From assembly GCA_051294375.1 (NCBI GenBank), contig CM119264.1, positions 4,456,862 to 4,520,861 of the forward strand: a DNA stretch of 64,000 nucleotides. The letters run 5' to 3'. Below, one piece after another: positions 38,346 to 49,080 of this stretch. Source of the DNA: Paraspadella gotoi (lineage: Eukaryota; Animalia; Chaetognatha). The translations under genes and the position numbers were made by a program. Numbering within the stretch: position 1 is the first letter of the stretch; each line of letters starts with the position of its first letter. A model generated the notes under the pieces. That model had not been told where the DNA came from and did no database searches. It worked only from the letters and a program-made list of their open reading frames with translations.

Positions 38346-39239
38346 TTCGTAAAATTATATTCAACGGGCTGGCGTTATTATCTGCCGTTGTGACCTCCTC
38401 AGCCATCAATCCCCTCATCCCGCCTTTTCTTTTCTTTATTCTCTTGTTATCCTTTTTTTTTCTTTTCCTCTCCTAAAATGTTTTACATTTTTTACTCTCA
38501 TCCCTCCTAATTTCCATTCCTTTTTTTTATTCGTTCTTTATTTACTTTCTTAACTATATTCCATTATTTTCTACCTCTCATTTCAGTTTTTTTTCTTCCA
38601 ATTCATAATATCATTTTTCTTTGTTCTTTTTTCTTTCATAATCGTTTTAATTCTTATAGAGATTTAATTTTTTATAAGAATAAATTTTTTTATCATCTCT
38701 TCGACTTCTCTCATTTTTCTCTAATTTAACTTTTTTCCTTTTTTCTAAATTTTATATATTTCTTTTACTCTTTATATTTTGGTCTTCCTCTACCCTTTTC
38801 CCCCATCTCCTATTCGGCGCATTCTCTTGGATCCCCTTAAAGTGAAGGCGAGAGTCCGTGAAAAGAATAATGCGCCTTTTCCTTCAAAACAACGACATCC
38901 TTTTTGTCGTCCGTCGTCGTCGGTCGTCGTCGTCGTCGTCTCTACTACGGTCGTCGTTTCTCATCGTCGTCCGCCGTCGTCGTAAACATCATTCTCAGGC
39001 GTCTTTTAGTCACTTGATTCCGACGTCTTCGTCAACGAGCTGTTGTTATTTGTTGTTGGTGTTGTTTGTAAGTTTTTGTTAAGAAAAAAAAGATATATCG
39101 AAAAATGACCAAGATGAGAATCTCACTCAGACTGAAGAAAAGACAGAAAGGAAATTCAGACAGACAGACAGAAAGAGAGACACAAGGACAGAACAGCGCC
39201 GAAGACAAACAGACTGACGACCTCACCATTTTCTCACAC

Positions 39240-40225
39240 GAGTTTAGAAGAGACGCAATCGAAACCCGAACGGTCGTTCCTCCGGCACGACAGTGGGTGA
39301 AACTGTTTGGATCTCCGCCCGCCGACGTCGTCGTCGACGAAGGCGACGTTCCAACAGCGTCGTCAACAGCGACGCCGCGCCATCAACGCCAGCCGCGGCG
39401 AGGCCACGACGCCGCGGTGATCGAAATCAGCGCAGCGTGCCACGGAACGCCACGCCAGCGTATTAGTGTTGAACCGCTGAAGCGTGGGTGCGCGTGTCGC
39501 TCGAGTGGCGCCGAGAGAAAATGTTCAAGGTTTGAAAAAATTCTGAGAAGACGAGATGACGACGTACGACGCGAAGAACGACGACGAAGACGACGACGAT
39601 GTCGTCTTTCTTCTACTCGAAAAGATTGATGATCTTAGAAAAGTTTGGGAGTTGGGTTCGCGTGGGAATAAGAAAAGGACCGAGCGTACGTTATCGACGA
39701 CGACGACGACGACGCACGATGAACGAACGACGACGCGAAAACGAACGACGCGACACGACGAAAACGACGACACCTCTCGTCCCAATCCTTCGTCTTCCTT
39801 CCTTGAAAATCTTCTCCGTTTGGAGAATTTGAGTCAAAAGGAGTCAACAACGAAAAACCGGCGCCAAAAATGATGGACGACCGTCAATTTCTCGGGAATA
39901 TCGCCACGGCCGGTTGAGCGGCGTCGGGTCGACGGTAGAATGACAGGGCCAGTTAACGCTAGGGACGGACGTCGTTTTACAGGATGTGACACGGCGATCC
40001 TGACGCCAATTTTAAATGCGGTTTGACGCTGTGACGGAGAACGATTGTTGACGCAGTGATACCAGATTGTTAAGCAGTGATTTACCGATTTTGGTCGCGT
40101 CAACGCGGTCAGAGTTCTTCCCCATCGCCGACGTCAAAGTTCGACCGCCCGAGTAGACGTGAGACGAGACGGGACGGCGGACGAAATGCGGAGACGATGA
40201 AGATTCGAACCATGTGGGCGCCATC
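39240..40225 (-). pseudogene. Frameshifted inverted copy of IgSF exon 1 (probably an assembly artefact rather than a true pseudogene)
   Basis: Reverse complement of 23147-24065 with many 1-nt indels. The ORF track shows fragments such as MAPTWFESSSSPH and MGREVSSFSS. Confidence 0.7.
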
Positions 40226-40521
40226 TGGTGAGAAAAAGAAAATAATGTAAGATAAATTAATGGCGGCGAAATAATATATAATATACTACATACAAGCGAG
40301 AAAGTGATATGAAAGCGCGAGTTGGATTTTTTTTTCTTTTAAGACGCCAAATGTTTTTCATTTTTCTCTTCTGCTGATGGATGACGCTGATCGGAAGGTG
40401 GTAAGATAGATAGATAGTAGATAGATAAGAATAGATAGATAGATGATAGATAGAATAGATAGATAGATAGAATAGATATATAGAAATATAAGAAAGATTA
40501 GATAGATATGATTAGATAGAC

Positions 40522-40568
<47 letters not shown>

Positions 40569-40847
40569 GACCGAAACATGCGCGTTTTTTGCCAAAGAAT
40601 GTAAATGTGTTTGCTGTTTTGGGGGGCGAAAGGGGTGAAATCATATTTCCAACGAGGGAAGAAGAGAAGAATAAAGAAATAAGGAAGGCGCCTTTTTGCA
40701 CCTGGAAGCGAGGTCGGCGGCACCCGGCCCGCGGCGTCGCTGGCAACCTGCCGTCGGTGGCGCCTCGCTCGGCGAAAGATTCCGAAAACAAACAGAGGAG
40801 GAGTAAACAGACAAAGAGTCGGGTAGCAGCGAGAGTGTATTAATCAT

Positions 40848-40937
<90 letters not shown>

Positions 40938-43339
40938 GAGAAAGAGAGAGAGAGAGAGAAAGAGAAGAGGAGAGGAAGAGAGAGAGAGAGAGATGAGAGG
41001 AGAGGGAGAGAGAGAGAGAGAGAGGGAAAGGTGAGAGAGAGGAGAAGAAAGGGTGACGGTTCCATTTAATTCATGGACGGAAAAGCGATTCAGCGATCTA
41101 TCTCTCTCTCTCTCTTTCTCTTCTCTCTCTCTCTCTTCTCCTCATCTCTCTCTCTGGGTTGTGGAATATTCGGGGGCGGACGTCTGGCGAAAAAAAAATG
41201 ATTGGCTGACGAACGAAAAGCCACAGAATAAATCGCGGCAATTTTTTTTTCGATTCTTTTATTATTTGTTGAGGGAATTTTTTCGACGATAGATGGAGGC
41301 AAAATCAAAAGTTAAAGTCGCTTGGCAACGGGCTATTTCGCGTCCGCCGTTGTCGTCGTCCTCGTCTTCATCGCCGTCCTTCGTCGTTGTCCTCGACATC
41401 CTCCTCCTCCTCCTCCTCCTCCTTCAATTCCCCAGCATCACTTCCCTCGGTGATCATGGACATCACGACTCTTTATCGACTCATTACATCCGGGTTCTTT
41501 AACGATCTCGTATTACATACGGATTCTCTATCGCTTACTTCTCTTTATATCTATCGCGAGTTACATCCGGATTTTCGCTGGTTACATTCGATCTTTCTAG
41601 CTATCGCGAGTTACATCCGGATTTTCTCACTAACCCCAGTTACATCCTTCGCGGTCAAACCGAGCCAATTCCCATTTCTCGCTTGGCGGGAATCAAGGCC
41701 ATTTTCTCCCGTTCGTTTTTACCCTCGTAATTTTTCTCTCTTCTTCCATCGTTGCGCGATGGAATCCGTCGCATGACTTTTGTTTCCACCTCTCCCTTCT
41801 TCCGCGGAATTCGCTCCGCCATTGTTATCTCTTATTGCCCTTTTCTCTTATCTTCTTTTCTCTTCTTCCTCTTCCTCTCATCCCCTCTCTTGTCCCTTCC
41901 ATACCCCAAGCGTCCTCGGCCCCTTCCAGCGGCCTTCATCATCGATGCTTCCAAGTTTTCCTTTCTTCCTTTTTTTTAAAGAGAGAGCATCCATATACTC
42001 TCTTCTATTCTATCTCTTCTCTCTCCCTCTTTCTTTTCACTCTTCATCAACCTTTTTTCGTTCTCACCGTCATCTCCCTTTCTCACCCTCCATCCTCCCT
42101 TTCTCGTCCTTCCCCTCTTCTTCAAATTTTCGACAATTTTTCCACAAATCTTTTATCCGGTCGACGCAATAATCCAATTTCTTCTCTCAATTTCCCAACG
42201 CGTCTTTCGGCTCTTTAAAATCGTTTTTCAGCTCGCGAAGGGAAACAAGAACAAAATGAGAACCAAGAACAATAACGAGAACAATATAAAGAACCAAAAG
42301 CATATAACCAAAGATAAAGAACAAGAACCGAGGAAAAATCACTTATGAGAGAGTAAATATCAAGTATAAATACTAGAAATATACTTACTAGCAAATACAA
42401 AGATAGGTTAGACTCTAGCAGTATTCGACACGTATAAATTTAATATTTTTCTATCGATGCCGAAAAGTATAATAATAGCGGAGAATTATGATGATCTCTC
42501 AAAAAACAAGAGCTTTTTGTAAAATATTTACTGATATGGAAAATACAAAAAAAAGAAAATATTTTTATATTTTTATTAAAAATCATATGGTACTGTATAG
42601 GGATAGTCTCTAATCTAAAACATAATCGCGAAAGAAGAATCTCCATATCAAATAAGAACAAATATTGGATAGTAACGATGAGACAGCAGCAATATTTCAA
42701 TAAGTTGTTGGCAAAAACTTAGGCCTTACCTCGCAAAAAAGCCTCTGCGTTAACAGGACAATGAAATGGGTTTTCTCTCAACAAAATATGATCATCTGGA
42801 TTCCCAAAATGATAGCGAAAAATGCGCCAGCAGCAGTTCTGGCGATAGTCATATATATATTTTCTTATGTATAATTTAAGGGCTATGAATCATAATATAT
42901 GTATACAAACTGATATAATATATATATAATGATTCTTAAGATTTATTCATTAGCCTTTTTTTCTGGCTACAGACAATACCTCCTTTAGCTAAATATACTT
43001 GATACCTATAATTATCTATTAAATGGGTAAATATCTTATTTACAGTCTTTTTTCTAACAAGTTCAAATATAAACCTAAAGAACCATTGTTGCATCCACAT
43101 TTTGATACTTTTAATTAAAAATTGGATCCAGTGACTTTTACGTGGTGTTCTTTGTTTTCTTTTTATCTATATTTGAGAATTTATTTCCGGTATTCGTTTT
43201 TTCTTTGATAAGAATCAAAACCCGAAAAATAATCGACTTATAATCATAGATTGGCAGTGTAATAAAATAAAGAGAAAAAGAAACAGGGAGGGAAACGGGA
43301 AGAGATGAGAGATAAATGGCGCAGTTTTTAACGGGTCAA

Positions 43340-43945
43340 TGTTACGCCTTCTTACGCAAAAGCAATTTTAACTTAATAGCTTTATTTGGAAAATGAAAAA
43401 GTTTTTAGCGCCACTCAAAGAATTAAATGATTTTAAATATGGTTTTCATTTCAATTCCTTAAGCGCCATTCTAGCGCCAAAACCTGTATAAAAAAAAAGC
43501 CGGGAAAAATATTTAAATCAACTTAACTGGAGTAGTTTTTACTAAAAAAATAAAACAAAAGTCTTTACGCGCACAGAATTAGATAATATTTTATATCGTT
43601 TTTTGTTAATTGTTACGCCATTCTACGCCACATCTTGTATAAAAAATAGCCGGATAAAATCTTTAAAAACTATTTAACCGGAATACTATTTAACACAAGA
43701 AAATAAATCAGAAAGACTCTACGCATTCATCAGTTGATATATATTTAATACACGGTTTTACCTCATTTCACGCCATAATTTAACGCCTCACAATTCTTTC
43801 CAAAGTTAAATATAAACATTTACTACCCTTATTTACATGAATATACTTTAAAATTTCGCTTTTTTGAAAATCATTAACGCAACATATTGTAACTATGAAT
43901 AATACGGTTGTCTGGCCTAGTTTTTAGCCGCCAACCAGCGCACAA
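43340..43945. repeat. Degenerate AT-rich tandem repeat with ~154-bp period
   Basis: The anchor (t/a)(a/g)cgccattct(a)cgcc recurs at ~43462, 43613, 43770 and 43924. The downstream block tgtataaaaaa(a/t)agccgg is shared by two units. Confidence 0.55.
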
Positions 43946-45368
43946 CAAACACCAGTAAAATAAAACGAAATAAATCTGAATCCAATACTACTATAGTATT
44001 ATTAATTCAAAAAATAGCGATTTCAAAAAAATTTTTTGTTGAGTATCCCTTAGACAGCAGAGAAAGGAGGCAGAAACGTTACTTCCAAATTGAACGTAAA
44101 TCAGTTGTCGTAAATCAATATTAAAGGCAACTTGGAATTAAACATTAAAGTACACTCGTTAGGCTTAATATAAAGGTTTAAAAACCATTCGTATGAACAA
44201 AATCAGTATTTTTAAAATTTTTGTGCAATACCCTAACAAAGACAAGAAGAAAAAAAAGAATTTTCAAAATCATCGAATTTAACGAGTAAGGGAGAGGAGT
44301 ATGGTAAGGGCCGGGTAAGGTTTAAAGCTGGATTTTCTAAATGTATTCACAACCTTCGAGCGTTCAGAGCTTCTTCGATATATGTCACTTTTCGGTGTCG
44401 GTAATGTCGGTCCTTCGGTCTGTCCCACTTACGTTAAAAATGCTCATAACTTGCAAATATGTTGTTTCTTTTGTCAAGAACAAGAAAAAACATAAATCTA
44501 ATGGACTGCTGCGCGCCTTCAGGAAATCCTAAAACTATAAAGAATAAAAAAACAAAATCGGTGCCAGANNNNNNNNNNNNNNNNNNNNNNNNNTTTATTG
44601 CTTTTTTGCTGTTTTCTTTTTCTTTTTCCTTTTCCTTTTTAGCTTCTCTCTTCCTTCTCTCTTCTCTTCTCTCTCTCTCTCTCCTCATGCTCTCTCTCTT
44701 TCTCTGCTCTCTCTCTCCTCTCTCTCTCTCTCTTCTCTCTCTCTCTTCTCTCTCTCTCTCTTCATCCGTCTCTCGGGATTTTCAAGGTTTTGTTTGATAA
44801 GAAGAATTAAGTTTAGAGACGGTCCGTTCGTTTAACTTGGTCACCAAGGCCCAATAAAAATAGAGGAGAAAGAGGGGAAGGAAACAAGTAAGGTCTGTGA
44901 GAGAGAGGAGGAGGAGAAGAGAGGAGAGAGAGAGAGAGAGAGAGAGAGGAGATGAGAGAGAGAGAGAGAGAGAGAGAAGATGGGAGACCTGAACAAAGAT
45001 TAAAAGAAACGTTATAGAGAAATCTAATTTAGCGTCGAGGTGAAAAAACCGGAGAAGGTGTCAGAAGAAAAATAAAAAAATCGAATGAAAAATCGATCCT
45101 TTTTTGTTTTCCAACTGATTTTTTATTCTCTTTTTCTTTTTCCAGCTCATGTATCTTTCAAAAGAGTAAAAAAACATGTTGTAATTTTTTTTTCTTCTTT
45201 CCTTTTTTTTTCTTCTCTTTTTTTTCTTCCTTCTTTTCCTTCCTTATTCAAGGGGAGGGTGTGTCCCAGGCTCTCTTATTTGGCATTTGCTCTCAAACTA
45301 ATGAGATTAATTTGAATTTTTCTTTCGGTGTCTCTGTTTGTTTTTCCTCAATTCCTTTTTTTTTGCAG

Positions 45369-45463
45369 AAGCCAATCCGAGTGAATTCACGTGAAGGTCT
45401 TTTCGACCGTTGACAAGGGAATTGCTAAGATGTCTAATACGAAGTTCATAATGTCACCTCTCG
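45369..45463 (+). CDS. IgSF gene exon carrying the C-strand Trp; needs a 1-nt correction
   Basis: Acceptor ttttttttttgcag at 45368 and donor G|GTATC at 45463/45464. Joined in phase 1 to the previous exon it gives CVSKL-E-ANPSEFT. Restoring one G at 45392-45394 (tgaag to tggaag) gives WKVFSTVDKGIAKMSNTKFIMSPL. The Trp is 13 residues after the Cys, as expected for an Ig domain. Confidence 0.55.
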
Positions 45464-46319
45464 GTATCTTTCTCGTTTTTAGGAATGATTCTATTTTTAA
45501 AAAATGATTTCATCTACTTGCTCGACACTCGATTTGCGCCTCTATGAATTTTCCTCTTTTCTCTTTCTCTTCCTCTCTCTCTTCACTGCTCTTCCTATCT
45601 CTTCTATCTCTCTTCGCTTCCTTTCGTTCTCTGCTTTGTTCTTTTCTCCTCTCTCTTCTCTCTCTCTCTCTCTCTCTCTCTTACTCTCTCTCTCTCTCTC
45701 TCTCTGCTCTCTCTTCTCTATCTCTCTTCTCTCGCTTTTCTCTTTTCTCTCTTCCTATTTACCTATCTCTCTTTCTATTCTTCTCTTTCTCTCTCCCTCT
45801 TTCCTTTTTCCCCCTCTTCTCCCCTTCCTCCTTCTTCTCCCTTCTTCTCCCTCTTCTCCCCTTCTCCTCCCTCCTTCTCCCCCTTCCTCCTCCCTCTTCT
45901 ACCCCCTCCTCCCCTTCTTCTTCAATTTTTCGACAATTTTTCCACAAATCTTTTCGTCGACGCAATAATTCAATTTCTTCTCTCAATTTCCCAACGCGTC
46001 TTTCGGCTTTTATCGGTTTTTCGCCTCGCGAGGGAAACAAGGAACAAGAACACAAATGAGAACGAAAACAAGAACATAACGAGAACAGATAAAAGAACAA
46101 GAGCAATAACAAAAAAAGATAAAGAACAAGAACGAGAAAAAGATGAGGACATAAACAGAAAAAATTACAATGACAAGACAAAAAGAAAAAAAAGAATTTT
46201 CAAAATCTCGAATTTAACGAGTAGGGAGGAGTATGGTAAGGGCCGGGTAAGGTTTAAAGCTGGATTTTCTAAATGTATTCCAACCTTCGAGCGTTCAGAG
46301 CTTCTTCTTCGATATATGT

Positions 46320-46710
46320 CACTTTTCGGTCGGTCGGTATGTCGGTCCTTCGGTCTGTCCCACTTACGTTAAAAATGCTCATAACTTGCAAATAGTTGGT
46401 TGCTCTTTTGTCAAGACAAGAAAAACATCTAAATCTAATGGACTGCTCGCGCCGCCTTCAGGAAATCCTAAAACTATAAAGAATAAAAAAAACAAATTCT
46501 CGGCTGTAGTTCGTGTCAGAAATACACGGGCTTAGAAAGTTAGTGTAGTTCATGAAGTCACGTCGCGTCATCTCATGTCATGTTCATGGTTCGTGTCAGA
46601 AATACACGGGCTTAGAAAGTTAGTGTAGTCATGAAGTCACGTCGCGTCATCTCATGTCATGTCATGTCACGAGAAATACGCGTGATTAGGCAGTCACTGC
46701 GGCGCAAAAA
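46320..46710 (-). mobile_element. Dispersed non-autonomous repeat, copy on -, with an internal ~79-bp tandem duplication
   Basis: cacttttcggtcggtcgg...ggactgctcgcgccgccttcag...catgtcatgtcacgagaaatacgcgtgattaggcagtcactgcggcgc is the reverse complement of 27380-27690. 46509-46587 is repeated at 46588-46665. Confidence 0.6.
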
Positions 46711-47050
46711 ATTTGAGTTACCGTTCTTATTAAATCTCATTTCTCTCTCTTTTTATCTTACGATTTCTAAGAAATCTCATTTTTTAAATTTTCCCCGGTT
46801 TTATATCTGGAATCGAATGATCATATTTGTCCTTCATTAATTATGATTTTTTTTTCCTTCTTTCTCCAGCGCGAATCGAGATTCATTAAAAATGTTGTTT
46901 ACATTGAGAGTTTTTTTTTTCTTTCTTTTTTCAAAGTGGAATCGTAATTAGTTTTCAGAGACTTACCTTGTTTTCCTTCAATCCATTTTGTTTTCACTGA
47001 AAATTCAATTTAATATCGCGAAGAGACGCTCCGAACCTTACTCGTTCATA

Positions 47051-47172
47051 CCCTCAATATCTCACACTCTCACCGCCTCACCTTTCCTCACTGACTCACC
47101 CTTCTCACCCTTCTCACCCTCAATATCTCACGCTCTCACCGCCTCACCTTTCCTCACTGACTCACCCTTCTC
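47051..47172. repeat. ~66-bp tandem duplication upstream of a splice acceptor
   Basis: ccctcaatatctcac(a/g)ctctcaccgcctcacctttcctcactgactcacccttctc occurs twice. Confidence 0.85.
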
Positions 47173-47188
47173 TCCCTCGTCGTCCCAG

Positions 47189-47324
47189 ATCCGGAAAGTT
47201 ATCGGTGATCGCCTTCGCTAAATTTCTCTCTCTCTTTCCTTCCATTATTTCACGGTCTCACAATCCGAGCGACGCCATCCCCGACAAAGCTTTCAACATC
47301 ACGGATCTCACAAACTGCGTATCG
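47189..47324 (+). CDS. Putative IgSF exon(s) for the D-E strands: 47189-47204 plus 47255-~47324, separated by a ~50-nt intron
   Basis: Acceptor cgtcccag at 47188. Phase-1 reading gives DPESYR|gtgatc, then a pyrimidine tract with an imperfect acceptor (ttttcacg), then SHNPSDAIPDKAFNITDLTN...|gtattc in phase 0. This is compatible with the phase-0 exon starting NVRFRDAGKYKC. The acceptor and 3' end need small base corrections. Confidence 0.35.
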
Positions 47325-48949
47325 GTATTCTAGTATTCACAAGCGTTGGTTCTTTGAACGGAACCCGACAGTGAAAGTTTATTAATTTAAATTTTTTACG
47401 CCATTTTTGTCGTGAGCTTTTAGTGCGTAGAATTCTAGATCAAGCACTGTTTCCCTGTAAAACCTACTCCGTTCGTCACTTTGACGATCGAAGAGATTTC
47501 TTCAAACTGCTCATATCTTAATGAGAATTATCGCACACGTCACTCTGTGCGCAGGTCGAATAAAAGTTTATAAGTATCTGTTTCCCGTTTCGCGTTAACT
47601 TTAACTAATTATAATTAATTATGATTTGAAACAATTAACAAACAAGATGTCCTCCTATTATCTTTCCTTTTCCTTCTCAGTTTTCTTTTTTCTCATTCTT
47701 TCCTTTCTTTTTTATTTCCCTTTTCCTTCCTCATCTTTCAATTCNNNNNNNNNNNNNNNNNNNNNNNNNNNNNNNNNNNNNNNNNNNNNNNNNNNNNNNN
47801 NNNNNNNNNNNNNNNNNNNNNNNNNNNNNNNNNNNNNNNNNNATTTAGTATTCACAAGCGTTGGCCCTTTGAACGGACCCACAGTGAAGTTTATAATTTA
47901 AATTTTTTACGCAATTTTTGATCATGATGCCTTTTATGCGTAACTTCTTCGATCACACTTTCCTNNNNNNNNNNNNNNNNNNNNNNNNNNNNNNNNNNNN
48001 NNNNNNNNNNNNNNNNNNNNNNNNNNNNNNNNNNNNNNNNNNNNNNNNNNNNNNNNNNNNNNNNNNNNNNNNNNNNNNNNNNNNNNNNNNCTCACTTTGA
48101 CGATCGAAGAGATTTTTCACTCTCTCTTAATAGAATTATCACACGTCACTCTTCGCAGGTCCGATAAAAGTTATAATATCTGTTTCCCGTTTTCCGTTAA
48201 CTTTAACTAATTATAATAATATTTCGAACAATACAAAACAGATTCCTCCATTATCTTTCCTTTTCCTTCCTCGTCTTCTTTTTTCCTCATTTCTTTCCTT
48301 TCTTTCTTTATTTCCCTTCTTCCTTCCTCCATCTTTNNNNNNNNNNNNNNNNNNNNNNNNNNNNNNNNNNNNNNNNNNNNNNNNNNNNNNNNNNNNNNNN
48401 NNNNNNNNNNNNNNNNNNNNNNNNNNNNNNNNNNNNNNNNNNNNNNNNNNNNNNNNNNNNNNNNNNNNNNNNNNNNNNNNNNNNNNNNNNNNNNNNNNNN
48501 NNNNNNNNNNNNNNNNNNNNNNNNNNNNNNNNNNNNNNNNNNNNNNNNNNNNNNNNNNNNNNNNNNNNNNNNNNNNNNNNNNNNNNNNNNNNNNNNNNNN
48601 NNNNNNNCCCTCTCTCTCTCCCCCTCTTTCCCTCTCCCTCTCTCTCTCTTCCCCTTCGATCTAATCCATTTTCTCAATCAACTTCGACGCATCAAATATT
48701 CATTTTTCGTTTAATAAAGAATCCGAGCAAAAATTATAGGGAAGTCTGTTCGCAGCGAAACATTTTTTTTTTTTAATTTACTTTGTATTAAAATTTTCGT
48801 ATCGATTTAAAAATAACGTTAGTTCGTTTAGTTTTTTATACAAATTTTTTTATCGAAAATAGTTTTGGATTTGTTAATCTAAATCAATGTTAACTAAAAT
48901 AAACAATTATATTAAAACTCTCCAATGTGTCGTGTTTATAGCTTTAGGA

Positions 48950-49080
48950 ATTCCTGGAGGCGGCGCTAGCAGTCCCTTAGTTTTGAGGTTTTTTTCTGTC
49001 TTAACAAATATACCGACCGAGCGACCGACAGACCGACCAAAAAGTAACTTATAGAGTTGCTCCGCGAGGAGCAAAGAAAA
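48950..49080 (+). mobile_element. 3' part of the same dispersed repeat, ending in a terminal hairpin
   Basis: ggcggcgctagcagtcccttag..ttttctgtcttaacaaa..ccgaccgacagaccgacc..aaagtaacttatagag, then the perfect stem-loop TTGCTCC-GCGA-GGAGCAA (49057-49074) followed by an A-rich tract. Confidence 0.55.

Larger units (their letters stand above)
33161..41325 (-). repeat. ~8.1-kb inverted, indel-rich copy of 22043-30186
   Basis: Reverse-complement colinearity throughout: 30186 end matches 33161 (taaatcgactcgtttt); the (GAT)n at 29228 matches (ATC)n near 34060-34150; the SINE at 26878-26950 matches 36233; IgSF exon 1 matches ~39240-40225; the (TATC)n at 22905 matches (GATA)n at 40400-40567; 22050-22100 matches 41268-41325. 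Confidence 0.92.

Noticed and set aside
45392-45394. In-frame TGA as selenocysteine, readthrough or alternative-code Trp
   Set aside because: Reading through in the same frame hits a TAA before the donor. A single missing G restores both the Trp and the frame, which fits sequencing error.
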